Shown: positions 38,926-52,391 of the stretch, one piece after another
Layout of the letters: the number at the start of each line of letters is the position of its first letter
Numbering within the stretch: the first letter of the stretch is position 1
DNA from: Octopus vulgaris
Lineage: Eukaryota
Direction: 5' to 3'
Length of the DNA stretch: 64,000 nucleotides
NCBI GenBank assembly: GCA_951406725.2
Contig: OX597820.1
Location: 65,596,001-65,660,000 of the forward strand
Notes under the pieces: model-generated
Told to the model about the DNA's origin: nothing
The model's database searches: none
Seen by the model: only the letters and a program-made list of their open reading frames with translations
Made by a program: the position numbers and the translations under genes

Positions 38926-40148
38926 CAGGGTGTGTAAAATATTTGAAGATAGATTTATGTCTATAAAAAAAAAGTTATATAATGACAAACGGATAATAAC
39001 TTTATTATCAAGCAATGCTATGAGGATAAAATCAAACCTTCTTTACTATAACGTTATACAATAAAGCCACCTTCAGCTTCAAAAACGGCATCTATACGAG
39101 ATCAAAATCGTCTACATGCTCGAATCATGTGACCCTAGTTCATTTTGGACACTACACTGACGGCTTTCAAAGAATCTTTGGTATTTTAGGCGTGTTCATT
39201 GACCTCTGTCGACAACGCTCTACATGTAATAGTCCAATGGATTAATATCTAGTGAATTAAAAGACCAAATGTCAGGGGTCACGTGATCATGAAAATTTCC
39301 AGCCATCCATTCCTGCGTCACTTGAGCCTTGTGTGATGGTGCTGAGTCTTGCTGAAATACATATGACCTTCCCTTGCGTACACTGTCAATCCAGGGCTTA
39401 ACAAGTGTTTCCTGGACTTCAATGTAAAACGGCAGAGTTAACTCTAGGGCCTTGTGGAAAGAGATAAGGAGGCATCACATGCCCTTCATTGCTGACATGC
39501 AATTTTGTATGCATAACTCTTTGAAGGTCATGTGCAGAAGGATCTGCGCATAACCATCTGTCATTTCTTCTGTTAACTTCTTGATCTTGGTCTGAGAAAA
39601 ACCAAATCAAATCTTCTGCTGGATATTTCTGTTTGCTTAAGAGCCGTTTAGATCTGATATAGCGATTCTCTTTTGCTTTTTCTGACATAAATTGACATTT
39701 CCTCACAATATACGATTAATATCTGATGTCTTTGTGGACAACATTTCTGATTGTTCCATCTGATATAAGATCTTTTGCAATTGAACTCATGGAATTTCTG
39801 CGATTGTAATCAATGGCATGTTGAACGTGCTGGATAAATTCAGGGGTTCTGATGATTTCAGAGCTTTTAGAATGTTTTCTACGTTTTAATAATGCTGATA
39901 CATTTGCATTTTCGGTCTCTAACTCCTTATGAACTTCGTAGACGAAAGATCTGGCGACTTTTAAAAATCAATATATTTCTAAATCGCTATGCTCAGCCTT
40001 CATAGACACAATAACAGCAAGCCTCCACGTTTCCTGAGTAAACTGAGAGTCTGCCATTATTATTTTCTGAAACAAAGACCATATCGAGTTAGCAAAATAT
40101 GCTGCAATGACCAAGCAAAGGTATGTCCTCAAATATCTTAATATCTTA
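38926..40148 (-). mobile_element. Tc1/mariner-superfamily transposon, DD37D (maT/Bmmar1-like), inactive
   Basis: Left terminus TA-cagggtgtgtaaaatatttgaaga; degenerate right terminus tcctcaaatatcttaatatctta-TA. Confidence 0.85.
39054..40057 (-). pseudogene. DD37D transposase pseudogene
   Basis: WFFSD..QEVNRRNDRW; SNEGHVMPP; FQQDSAPSH-37aa-D (NSLDINPLDYY); C-terminus EAEGGFIV*. Contains stops and indels. Confidence 0.9.
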
Positions 40149-40155
40149 TATATAT

Positions 40156-40210
<55 letters not shown>

Positions 40211-40223
40211 AATATCTTATATA

Positions 40224-40396
40224 TTCTTTTAATCTTTTGTTCTTTTATTTGTCTCAGTCATTTGATTGTGGCCATGCTAGAGCACCGCATTTAATCGAAC
40301 AAATCGATCCCACGACTTAAATATTCTATCGGTCTCGGTTTGCCGAAACACTAAGTTACGGGGACATAAACACACCAGCATCGGTTGTCAAGTGAT

Positions 40397-40400
<4 letters not shown>
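40224..40400 (-). mobile_element. SINE family A, 3' half ending in (TA)n
   Basis: cagtcatttgattgtggccatgctagagcaccgc...acaccagcatcggttgtcaag. Confidence 0.85.
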
Positions 40401-40452
<52 letters not shown>

Positions 40453-41409
40453 TAGCACATTTGGAAAACTAAAATTGTGTGAAACGTGTTGTGACTAGCA
40501 ATATCTGATCGTCTGGTCAAAATCGTGATATCCTGCTATATAACATATATCAATATTTATGTTTCCATCTCACTTGTATGATATTGCCGTCTACATTCTA
40601 TGATCGTTTTTATGATATGCCCATTACCAAAGTTATCTGAACTATAATAGGTGCAAATAAAGTAGTGCCATGGAATCAGAAGTCTTTGAACTTTAACTGC
40701 ACCGAAACTGTGTTGATTCTGGCTTGATTTCCGTTGTTATTTTATATTTAATTTTTCCTTTACTGTCAGTTGCTTCTATATTTCACTTGGATTCCCTCTG
40801 CAAGATTTCCAGGGCATACTGCATCTGTAGGTGTATTTTCCCTTTTTCACTGGGATACGCATTATTTTTCCCTCCTCCCAAAGCATTTCTTCTTGTTTCT
40901 TTGTTTTATTCTCTTGTCTCACCCACTTAGTTTCGTTTCCCTCTCGTTGGACTTTTCTTTGTCTCTCTCGCACAAGTTATAATTGCATTTTAACATATGC
41001 TCTTTATTATTTCAGTCCCCTTCTCACATCATCTCGAAACTTGGCTAACCATTCTGTCCACTTTGTCCACTAACCATTCTGCTAACCATTCTGCTAGCTC
41101 ACTGCATTAACCAATAAAATACTATCCGCACAACAGGTGAGCCACTTAGAATATAGAGAGATATCCAGTTTTAATATATATTTGTCAGTTCGCTTGGAAT
41201 AGTCGGGCTTCAACAAATTGTCATGAGAAAAGCCTCCTGATTGTATTATTTAGATATTACCTGGATCATTGGTTCGAGGATATCACTGGCTGTTTTAATA
41301 ATTGGAACTTCTCAGCTAAACACGGCCGACAGCTTCAAAATTGTGGGACGTTGGGTTGTTTTACAACCAGGATTTCCAAGTAAATGATGAGCGTTGAGCT
41401 AATAAGTCC

Positions 41410-41474
<65 letters not shown>

Positions 41475-41477
<3 letters not shown>

Positions 41478-41889
41478 CGTAGGACTGGCTGTGTGGTAAG
41501 TAGCTTGCTTATAAACCACATGGTTCCGGGTTCAGTCCCACTGCGTGGCACCTTGGGTAAGTGTCTTCTACTATAGACTTGTGAGTAGATTTGGTAGACG
41601 GAAACTGAAAGAAGCCCATATATCTATATATATATTTATGTGTGTGTGTGTGCGTGTGTGTGTGTGTCTGTGTTTGTGTGTCTGTGTGTCTGTGTTTGTC
41701 CCAACAACCTCGCTTGACAACCGATGCTGGTGTGTTTACGTCCCCGAAACTTAGCGGTTCGGCAAAAGAGACCGATACAATAAGTACTAGGCTTACAAAG
41801 AATAAGTCCTGGGGTCGACTTGCTCGGCTAAAGGCGGTGCTCCAGCATGGACAAAGTCAAATGACTGAAACAAGTAAAAAAGTAAAGAG
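41475..41889 (+). mobile_element. SINE family A, near full length
   Basis: aggcgtaggactggctgtgtggtaagtagc...tgactgaaacaagtaaaaaagtaaagag. Confidence 0.95.
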
Positions 41890-41927
41890 CATATGTGTGT
41901 GTGCGCGCGCGTGTGTTGTGTGCGCGC

Positions 41928-41959
<32 letters not shown>

Positions 41960-42119
41960 GTGTGCGTCCGAGTATGCTTTGGTGCGTGTGTATATGTTTG
42001 TGTTTGTGCGTGTACCCACACATACACAACATATACCCTCGCACTGAGATCTATGTAAATATATTCTATTCTTTACAAGTTCTATTATAGCTAAGAGAAG
42101 GTTCGACGATAGTACGCTT

Positions 42120-42545
42120 CTGGTAATTTTTATCCTTTCCCCAGACTAAGCTCTTCAATTCATTTACTTTACTCTATGCTACGCTGAAGCTGTAAGTTCA
42201 TAACTGTGGTAGTAATTGTACTTATTTTATCTGACTTCTGCTGGCATTGAATTCAAGTTTTATGTTAATCTAACTCTTCAAATGCAAGTAATGTTTTCTA
42301 CTTTTCTTCTTCATGTTTGTATGTTGTATCTAATCAGCTTCATCTACTCCTAAGTACTTTTATGGATGGTTCTGTTCCTATTCTCTGATTTCAGTATCTT
42401 GAAATAAATTAATGTTCTCAATTTTTAATTAATTCACCTCTCCTGAGAGTAATGTTGGCACATTTGTCTAACCTCATACTTATTTGCGTATCGCAGGTGA
42501 TTTCACGTATCGTTTTTAGTTTGTTTCACAAACTGGGCATTGCTA
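42120..42545 (-). mobile_element. R4/Dong-like RT remnant
   Basis: MRLDKCANITLRRGEL...KYLGVDEA..IQHTNMKKK...TYSFS; same region as 6370-6740. Confidence 0.6.
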
Positions 42546-42639
42546 CTTCTAAATAATTGTAAATTCTTTTTCTATATTCAATTGTTGTTGCTGCTGCTGT
42601 TTTGATGTTGTTTGTGTTGTTGTTAACAACAGCAACAAT

Positions 42640-42750
<111 letters not shown>

Positions 42751-42762
42751 TATAATAATAAT

Positions 42763-43247
42763 AAATGCCCTTATGCAGTACCAAGCAGTGGAGCTAATGG
42801 CTTCTGACCTTAACTGATTGGAAATGTTATCATGTACATTATTTTGTCTTGGTATAAAAGATGGGCTACAGCAAATATTCTACTCAATACCACAGATTTG
42901 CTTGTCAGTTGCTTGACCTTAACCAGTTGAGTATGTCCCTTAGTGGCTGACGATATGCGCATTTCTGATCACAAGCAGAAGTAGTGGGAGAGCATCATAG
43001 ACGTGTTTTGAAAGGAATTCTTGGAGGTTTGGATAATTCACCTTTGGAAACATGGGTGGTTCGTTCAACATCCTTAAACAATCCTTATTCAGGGACCTTT
43101 TGAGCGGAATGGGCTACTTGACTTGGAGAAAATTCTAACTGGGCCCCACCTGCAAGGTCATGTGCTGTTTATCTTGATATGTGGTTGTGAGGCATGTACT
43201 AGGTTTACTCTTATCAGACGGGTAGTCATGTTGGGTATACTGGGCTA
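42763..43247. mobile_element. Family E repeat in the opposite orientation, abutting (TAA)n
   Basis: aaatgcccttatgcagtacc...gggtatactgggct is the reverse complement of 15855-16363. Confidence 0.9.
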
Positions 43248-44432
43248 CAAGATTATTTCAGTAACAAAAAATGCCCACATGTAAACTGCTATTGTCATCA
43301 GAAAAGCTTCAGACAGTACCTTAAGAAACAACACGAAACTATAACTTACAAATTCTCTGTTTGATCAGCAAACCTGTTTTGTGTAGAAGAAAAACACTGC
43401 CAGAACTTAATTTCCTGAATTGAGTACAAATGGAATCTTTCTTCTCACTCTAACTTCTCAACCTATACCTACATAACCTTACCATACCGTCTCAAAATAT
43501 AGACTCACGCACACATTCTCTTATTACTCTGCAGATGCTGTAGCATGGTTACTGCATAGAAACATAGAAACATGTCTCCAAATTAAGAGACGTGAAAATT
43601 TATTACCAAATCCATTGTTTTCCTTCTCAGCAACACAATAGAACATAAAATATAACGAACCACTGCACTAGAGAACATTAAGTTAAACATATAATGACGA
43701 CCGAAATATTAGGAGTTACACACGTAGGAGACATATTAAATGAATAAACAAGACAATACAGCATACAGTCATGGAGCTAACGTAGCAACTTCCTTTGGTT
43801 GTAAGAAAGGACAAACGATATATTAAAGCCACCGTGGACTAAATCACTCCTACCTCAAAATCCAAATCTTTCAACAGTACTACTCATAATAGTCCACTAC
43901 ACATCACAGATTGACAGATAACACTCTTAATTGCCTAGATAACAAAACAAAAACAATAATTAAAATTCACACTGATATATGAGAGGCATTTTTTTTTCTG
44001 CGTTAAGCTTCAGCCCGTAAAGTCGGTAACACTACATGCAAGACCCAGTCATATATACATCATAGTATCTTAATAGCGCTGTCACATGCACTATTTTCAG
44101 ATAGAACAAAGCAGGCACGTAGAAATAGTAGCGCACTCACCAATCTCATTAGCTTCAACCAAACAACAGATGCAGATAAAATGCAACTGATGCAATCCGA
44201 GCTAGTCACCACCAGAATATATGGACGTACAGAAAATCCAAATTGCTGCGTAGAGAGAATGGAGCACGACGTGCTGTACCCATTACCGTTAAGTGACTGC
44301 ATTCCGGAGTAGACAGTGTGATGCTTAGCCATGCAGAAACACTTAATTCCTGGAAATATAGATCTGTAAATCATGTCATGATCTTCGACCAACTACATGC
44401 GTGTTATAGGATCGGGGCTATTCAGGTACTAT

Positions 44433-44717
44433 GTTTGTTCCTTCTTGTGCCACGCTTGGCTCATAGGGCCGATTTCCCAGTTTCTTTGACGTATAGGTTC
44501 CCCACCTGGACGGGACGCCGGTCCGTCGCAAGTGAGCTGCAAGATGCAGGAGGAAAGAGTGAGAGAAAGTTGTGGCGAAAGAGTCAGCAGAAGTTCGCCA
44601 TTACCTTCTGCCGGAGCCGCATGGAGCTTAGGTGTTTCGCTCATAAACACACACATCGCCCGGTCTGAGATTCGACCGTGAGTCCGCTGCTCTAAACACT
44701 AGGCCATGCGCCTCCAC
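44433..44717 (-). mobile_element. tRNA-derived SINE (family C head with a D-type tail) and a 10-bp TSD
   Basis: TSD caggtactat at 44423-32 and 44721-30. Confidence 0.9.
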
Positions 44718-45284
44718 TACCAGGTACTATAACGATGCTAAAATAGAAAATGTAATTTTATATGAAACGTAGAAATAAGGAACCCCAGTTCAAAACAATG
44801 GAATTTCATGTGATTGTCAGTGTGTGTACGTGTGATAAGCTCAGCCAAAAATTTGGAGTTCAAACCCCACTGAAGGTGACATTTACATAACAACACAAGG
44901 ACACCTAGGAGTCATTAAGTAGATGTATCCGTTTCCCTTACAGTGTCAGGAATTAACGGGCAGAAACATTTGTTTGACAGTTTTGCCTCTGAGGGTTTCT
45001 GTTATCCGTTCGACCCGTATCGAGTTTCCGCACATAAATAATAACCTATCGGTTGTTGTTGTTTATCAACAAGTAGGGCATGATCAAAGATACTTATAAA
45101 TCTCATCCTTTCCATGGCCATCTGTTTCTATTTTAAGTATAGCGTACATTAATCAACACTAAACACTGTGTCCTTTTCAAAGACTGTAAGTTGTTAACTG
45201 AGGAAGAGCTGGCTGTTATTGTTATCTACACACACATACTTACATGTAAATATATTATCCTCTCAACTGTAGATGCAAAGTCTA

Positions 45285-45772
45285 AAATTCGAGAGCAAGG
45301 GCTACACGGTTACATCGACCCCAGTATTTTACTGGTATTTGCTTCATTGATCCCGAAAGGATGAAATAGCGAAGTCGACATCGCTAGATTTGAACATGGA
45401 ACGTAAAAATGGACAAAATGCCGCTAAGCATTTTGTACTGCCTGCTAAGGATTCTTATTTCTTTATTGCCCATTTCTTTACCGAACGTAACGGCAGACGA
45501 AATACCTATTTCTTTACTGCCCACAAGGGGTTAAACACAGAGACGACAAACTAGGACAGACAAACAGATTAAGTCGATTATATCGACCCCAGTGGGTAAC
45601 TGGTACTTATTTAATCGACCCCGAAATGATGAAAGGCAAGTCAACTTCGGCGGAATTTGAACTTAGAACGTAGCGGCAGACGAAATACCGCAAAGCATTT
45701 CGCCCGGCATGCTAACGCTTCTGCCAGCTCGCCGCCTACAGCCTGCTAAGGATTCTGCCCGTTCGCCGCCTT
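45285..45772 (-). mobile_element. SINE family B nested inside an older family B copy
   Basis: The 16-bp TSD gcctgctaaggattct at 45440-55 and 45741-56 brackets the inner copy. Confidence 0.9.
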
Positions 45773-47207
45773 TACACATGAATACATGTTACGATTCTTG
45801 TCTGTATATATATTTTGTGATATCCTATGCATATATAAATACGGAACTATTAATGTGTATGCGTGCACGTACGTAATTCTGGGTATGAGTAATAGATTCC
45901 GACATTACACCATGGTAAACATAAACATATATAACATTGGAACCGGCAGCAGACTGAAGCACTGTACATTACATACGCAGACATACGTATGTATGTGTAT
46001 TGATAAGTATACAGACAGACAGACAGACAGAGTGCGAGAGAGACAGACAGACTGATAGATAGATAGACGGATGGACTGCATAGACATGTATATATATATA
46101 TATATATATTGGATTGCACCTTATACATACACACACACACACATACGCACACATATATATGTGTGTGTGTGTATGTATGCATGTATGTATGTATGTATAT
46201 ATTCTTATATATACATATAACTATATATATGTATATATACATATACATTTATATATACATATATACGTATATATATATGTATATATATATATATACTTTA
46301 TTATATATATATGTATTTATATATATATATAAGCATGTACGTATTTATCTATGTGGGTATGTATGTTTTGAATGTATATATGCACCCATATAGTTTTTAC
46401 TTTATGCATACTATACTTCACATCGCGTATAACTGTAATAGGTATGCGTACGTGAGTACGAAGTAAATGTGAGATGAATGTCTTTATGTTTGCGCTTCAA
46501 CTCGTGTGTGCATGTATGTGTGTGTGCGCGTGTAACTATGTGCGGGTGCCGTTTTGTGTGCATGTGTGTATGTATATACGTGTGTGTGTGTGTATGTATG
46601 TGACTGGACAGAGCGAAGGAAGTAATGCAGCGTATATATATACACATGGAACGTAAATATTTCAGTGGCGCTATCTCTCGGCCCTAACAACACATCAAGG
46701 AAAGACATTTTGGTTTACTGTAGTCGTAAAGCTTTCAACAGCATCTAATCTAGGCTTTACGACTTTGACACTGTAATGGAAGGAGATTGAGAGGCGGTGC
46801 GCCGAAGAAAATGGAGCGCCGGTATGCGTACGTTAATGGGTGTATATGTAAGTATCAATATATGTATGTGTCTCTGTGTGCTTATGTATGTATGTATGTA
46901 TATGTGTTTCTGTGTGTGTGAGTGTGGGTGGGGGTGAATGTGGGTGGGGGTGAATATGTGCGGAGGTATATGTGAATAGATTTTCTTAGAATGAAATCCG
47001 ATTTAATACTGTAAACTCATTTAATGACAATGATGATGATGATGATGATGACGATGGTGATGGTGATGAGGATTATGGTGGTGGTGGTGGTGGTGGTGGC
47101 ACTGGTGATGATGATGATGGGGATGATGATGACGACGATGATAACGACGATGATGAGGATGATGACTATTTGGCTGCTACTACTGCTAATAATAATAATC
47201 ATAATGA

Positions 47208-47378
47208 TTTCAAATTTTGACACAAGGCCAGCAATCTTGGGGATAGGGGTAAGACGATTTCATCGACCCCGTATTCAAATGGTTCTTATTTTATCAACCC
47301 AGAAAGGATGCCTCGGAGGAATTTGAACTCAGAACGTAAAGACGGACGAAATGCTGCAAAGTATTTTCCCGGCATGTT
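47208..47378 (-). mobile_element. SINE family B
   Basis: tttcaaattttgacacaaggcc...gaatttgaactcagaacgtaaagacggacgaaat. Confidence 0.75.
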
Positions 47379-47429
47379 ACTGATTATGCGAATAACAAGA
47401 ACAACAACAACAATGCTAATAATAATAAA

Positions 47430-47837
47430 TATACTAAAAGAACAGAAATTATCTGACGGCAGGAGAAGGCATTCCATGGTAGATTCTCAAAGATAGTTGC
47501 AGCAAATAGTAGTAGTGAGATGTGGTTATGGTTGCAGAAAGGAAAGTTGAATAGGAAGACAGAAAGTTTGTTAGTAGCTGCATAAGATCAAGCATTAAGG
47601 ACTAATTGGATAAAACCCAAGATTGACAAAGACCAAAAAACATGTAGATTGTGCTAATCAATATAGAAGAAAGCGTTACTCATGCCGTAAGTGAATATAG
47701 CATGCTAGCAGAGAAAGAATAAAAGAAAAGATATAAGAGTATACTGATAAATGGTATGATGAATCTAGTAAAGTATTAGAAAGTAAGAAATACAAGATGT
47801 GGGTCTTTATCATACAGACTGACAGAACAATAGAAGC

Positions 47838-47886
<49 letters not shown>

Positions 47887-47905
47887 TGTTGTTGTTGTTG
47901 TTGTT

Positions 47906-47957
<52 letters not shown>

Positions 47958-48345
47958 AGAATAGAAAGTGCCAGGTAATTGACTTTACAGTCCCAAATGG
48001 GGAAAAAGCTAATATGAGTCAATAAAAAGTTAATATAGAAGGACCTAGCTATTGAATTACAGAGACTATTGAAAGTGGGGAGAAAATGTACCCCAGTAGT
48101 TATAGGTGCATTAGGAACTGTCCCTAAAAATCTGAACACAGAGAAAATAAGCATAAAACCCAGTTTAGTACAGCTGCAGAAAACAGTATTATTAGGGGCA
48201 GCTAAGATACTTAGGAGGGTTCTTAGCAGTTAAGTTTACTCGCTGTAACCCATTAGGGGGGTTCTTGGCATCTAAAGCAGCTTGTAGCGCGATGTTACGA
48301 TTCTTTTCTTTTCCAACAGTCTAATATGTTGAGTGTGTATCAAAA
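47430..48345 (+). mobile_element. 5'-truncated R4/Dong-like LINE ending in (TAA)n
   Basis: DQALRTNWIK..CRLC..ESVTHAVS; IQTDRTIEA-[microsatellite]-RKCQVIDFTVP; PVVIGALGTVPK; LQKTVLLGAAKILRRVL. Confidence 0.85.
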
Positions 48346-48357
48346 TAATAATAATAA

Positions 48358-48570
48358 TCCTTACTACTATAGGCACAAGGCCTGAAATTTGGGGGCAGGA
48401 CTAGTCGATCACATGGACCCCAGTGTTTTATTGTTACTTATTTATCGAACCGAAAATGATGAAAGACAGAGACAGTCGCCTCGGCGAAATTTGAATGCGT
48501 AATATAAAAACGGACGAAATACGGCTAAACATTTTGCTCGGGGTGCTAACGATTTGGCTACCTCACCGCT

Positions 48571-48572
<2 letters not shown>
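48358..48572 (-). mobile_element. SINE family B
   Basis: aggcacaaggcctgaaatttggggg...cctcggcgaaatttgaa. Confidence 0.75.
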
Positions 48573-48627
<55 letters not shown>

Positions 48628-48791
48628 GTAATAATGATGATGATGATGATGATGATAATATAATAATGGAAAGTATTATGTGTCTCAGGCCTTTGTTGTG
48701 ACTTGTCAGATGACTAAAGACTCCAGTGCATATTTACCTACACTGTGTTGCGAAGGATTAATAATACTACTACTACTAATAATAATAGTAT

Positions 48792-48856
<65 letters not shown>

Positions 48857-49683
48857 ACACATTTTAAATACAGTATCCATGACTCAATACATATCGGCAC
48901 TCAATTTGTTTTGAGAAGCACTCAATACATATCATCGAAGTAATGTTTATCAAATATATGTATATGAATAGTAATGTATATCAAATATCATCCTAACATG
49001 TTCTGTGTGAATTTTAGGGAAAATATATTCAGTTTCTTTTAGAATGCGTAATCTTTAAAAGGTAGTAGTAATTAGTCATTTCCCCTTAAAAGTCAATGAA
49101 GTCTGAAAAATTTGTGTGAAAACAAAAATACAATTAAAAAAATACAAAATAGAGCAAAATAAATGTGAAGAAAAAGCGTAGCAGAGATTAATAGCAAGAA
49201 AGGAAATATTGTAAAAAATAAATAGATCAGAAAAAGGTGTTAGGAAGTAGAAGAAATGAAGAAAAAGAACAAAAAGGAAGACTTACGAAAATTTTCCGAA
49301 ATTTTCTGATATAATATTCAAATATAGATCATGATTATATAGGTTTTTAAGGAGAGATGAGTTTCTTTTTTCTCCGCTGGGCACAGATCACATCTTACTT
49401 TTCTATTCTTCAGCAGTTTCGATTTTCCAATCATGTTCCATTTGATGTTGTAATTGGAAGATTTATTCTGTTAATAGCCAGATGTGTTCAGTTAATGTTG
49501 CTCCATTTCTTTTTTTGAATAATCTAAAGCAGAAAGTATGGCTATAAAAATTTTTGCTTCAGTCATGTCAAGGAATTGTTTACGTGTTACGTGAGAGTCT
49601 AGACTCGCAGATTTACGACTGCCTCTTAAATGATAGCTCTGTTATGTAATATCTCTCTATCTCTCTAACTATCTATCTATGTA

Positions 49684-49732
<49 letters not shown>

Positions 49733-49906
49733 ATTTATTTATTTATTTATCTATGTATGTATGTGTGTGTGAAGACGGTTGAGAAGGAAAAAAGTCAAGG
49801 TAGAAAATGATAAAATAACTTTATAAAAAACATTTCAGTACCGGTTTTATTCATTGAGACTTTTTCAACTGTAAGTATGGAAAACAATTAAATTTTGGAA
49901 AAATTG

Positions 49907-50010
49907 AAAGAAAAGTTTTTTAAAACAATATTTGCATAGTATCCAACTACAAGGAAAATTTCCCTTGTATTTGAATACAATGCAAATATTCTTTTCAAAA
50001 ACTTTTCTTT
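49907..50010. repeat. Imperfect palindrome of about 104 bp
   Basis: aaagaaaagttttt..aatatttgcat.gtat.caa.tacaagg / ccttgta.ttg.atac.atgcaaatatt..aaaaacttttcttt. Confidence 0.9.
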
Positions 50011-50542
50011 CTAGCACAAGGCTTTCCTATGATGGAAGCCTCTTAATGTGTTTTAACGTACACGATATTTTTATGTGAATAATATATAGTCTATTGACTA
50101 ATTTTTTTGTGCTAGGCCACTGGTAATAATAATTTCTATAATTCTTATTACCCTAATATTATTTATTATGTTTAAATATTTTTTGATAAATTTGTTCGAA
50201 GTTTTACCGGTATCCTCTCTGTCGCAGGAAATATACTGCATCTGCGAAGTGGATTTGAAAAGTTAGAATATACAGGCGGTGAGTTTACATGCGGATCTCG
50301 TTGTGTGTATATTTAAATCTGAAGGCTACCTACTGATGAAGACTAGCCTCAATAAATATTTTTTTACTGAAATTAGTCAGAAACCATGGTCTAGGAACTA
50401 AATTAGATGGTAAATGTTTTTAATTTTCATTCCTTTCGAGAATTTATCCCTAATTAGTGGTTTGAGTTTTCTACTGCTCTTTCTAGCACAAGGCTTTCCT
50501 ATGATGGAAGCCTCTTAATGAGTTTTAATGTACACGATATTT
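50006..50542 (+). mobile_element. Terminally redundant 472-bp non-coding unit (Penelope pseudo-LTR or retrozyme-like)
   Basis: 65-bp direct repeat at 50006-70 and 50478-542 (2 mismatches), with a hammerhead motif inside the unit. Confidence 0.75.
50329..50395 (+). ncRNA. Type I hammerhead ribozyme motif
   Basis: ccta-CTGATGA-a-gacta..tagtc-a-GAAA-c-catg-g-TC-tagg: stem I ccta/tagg, stem II gacta/tagtc, palindromic stem III accatggt, GUC cleavage triplet. Confidence 0.75.
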
Positions 50543-51097
50543 ATATTCATATATATATATATATATATATATATTGTGTATGTATGTGTGTTAGTCCGTG
50601 TGTGTCTCCGTGAGTGTGTGTGTGAGTATGTGTGTGAGTGTATGTGTATTTTCTTTTGTTGCCCACGCAACTAGCATCACAAAGTGGATGCAAAAGTAAC
50701 ACTGCAGCTATGCAGCAACTTTTTTTATTTTAAATTCTCTCAAACTTTTCTATTCTTCTCTCTTCAGACCTTAATCTGAAAAGAGGCTGTAAGGCCAAGC
50801 GCTTTATGGACGTGAAAGCCTGGGTAACCCCATAGACCGGCCATAACTATCGTTATCTACATTTATATATATTATATATACATGTATATATACATATATA
50901 TCATATATATACATGTATATATAAATATGCACAAACACATAAATACATACATACAACCATTACATGTTTACAACAATTACTATGGATATCTCTCTAGTAC
51001 TTATAGCCGTCTTCTTATCAGAAAGAAAATGTATCTCATATGATACTATATTTTGAATAAATACGTTATAAATACGTTAGAAAGCTTATAAAACGTG

Positions 51098-51139
<42 letters not shown>

Positions 51140-51180
51140 TACATACACACACACACAAACACACACACACAAACAAACAT

Positions 51181-51217
<37 letters not shown>

Positions 51218-51632
51218 CAAATACATTCTTTCACATTTGCGCATTTGATTCAAAGATAGAATATTGATGTCAAAAATGTATTTAATACGGAAAGAATCAT
51301 ATATACTCGGTTACAGAAATACCCCACAAAAATACAGATATATATTAATATGCAGAAACACGTACATATTGAAAGATAAACGCAGGCACAAATCTGCGCC
51401 CACAGTTACAGTTATACATACATGCACTTGTTGACATAAGCACGTATATAGAAATAAGTTCGCATGCATACACAATGGCAAGACGGCCAAACTGAGAAAA
51501 CGAAATCCGGTTTAAGTAAATCGTGGCCCACTAACTCTTTTGTCATGTGACTCTGCATTGCTTTCTCATAGTGTAACGCTTTCGCATTTGAATAAAGACT
51601 GTGATTATTTCAATAATAAATACATACATACA

Positions 51633-51818
<186 letters not shown>

Positions 51819-51967
51819 TACACATTTAAAGATGCGAGCAGGTGCTTGTGTCATTATTCAGGATGAAGGTGGACTCGGTGGGTGGTAACTATATATATAT
51901 AAATTCTTAAAGACGTATAAACCTCTCTCTCTCTCTTTCACACACACACACACACTTATACATGTAC

Positions 51968-51999
<32 letters not shown>

Positions 52000-52048
52000 A
52001 TAGATATAGATATATATATTTATATTTATATATATATATATGCATATA

Positions 52049-52079
<31 letters not shown>

Positions 52080-52109
52080 GGGTGGGTGGGTGTGGGTGGG
52101 TGTATACCG

Positions 52110-52391
52110 GACATGCCTTCAGTTAATCTACTTCGGAAAAGAGGATACCATAAAACTCCCATACTTCTTTCCTTCAGGTGAAACTCTTATGGCATCCAAC
52201 AGCACAAGGACCTGGGATTAATTATGGACAACAACATAAGCTGGGCCGCTCATATAAACAGCAAAGCTGACATGGCCCACAGAATGTGTTACTGGATTCT
52301 CAGAACTTTCCTGTGGAGAGTTATCCGCACCATTATCCTTCTCTTCTCCATTTTTGCCCGACCACATCTTGAATACTGTTGTCCACTCTGA
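52110..52391 (+). mobile_element. CR1-like LINE RT remnant
   Basis: KDLGLIMDNNISWAAHI..WILRTF..FARPHLEYCCPL*. Confidence 0.85.

Noticed and set aside
42945-42985. CTGACGA in family E as a hammerhead core
   Set aside because: No correctly placed GAAA or NUH and no stems.
43260-44420. Possible decayed LINE RT or host exons
   Set aside because: Only an ILGVT-like hint; too degraded to assign.
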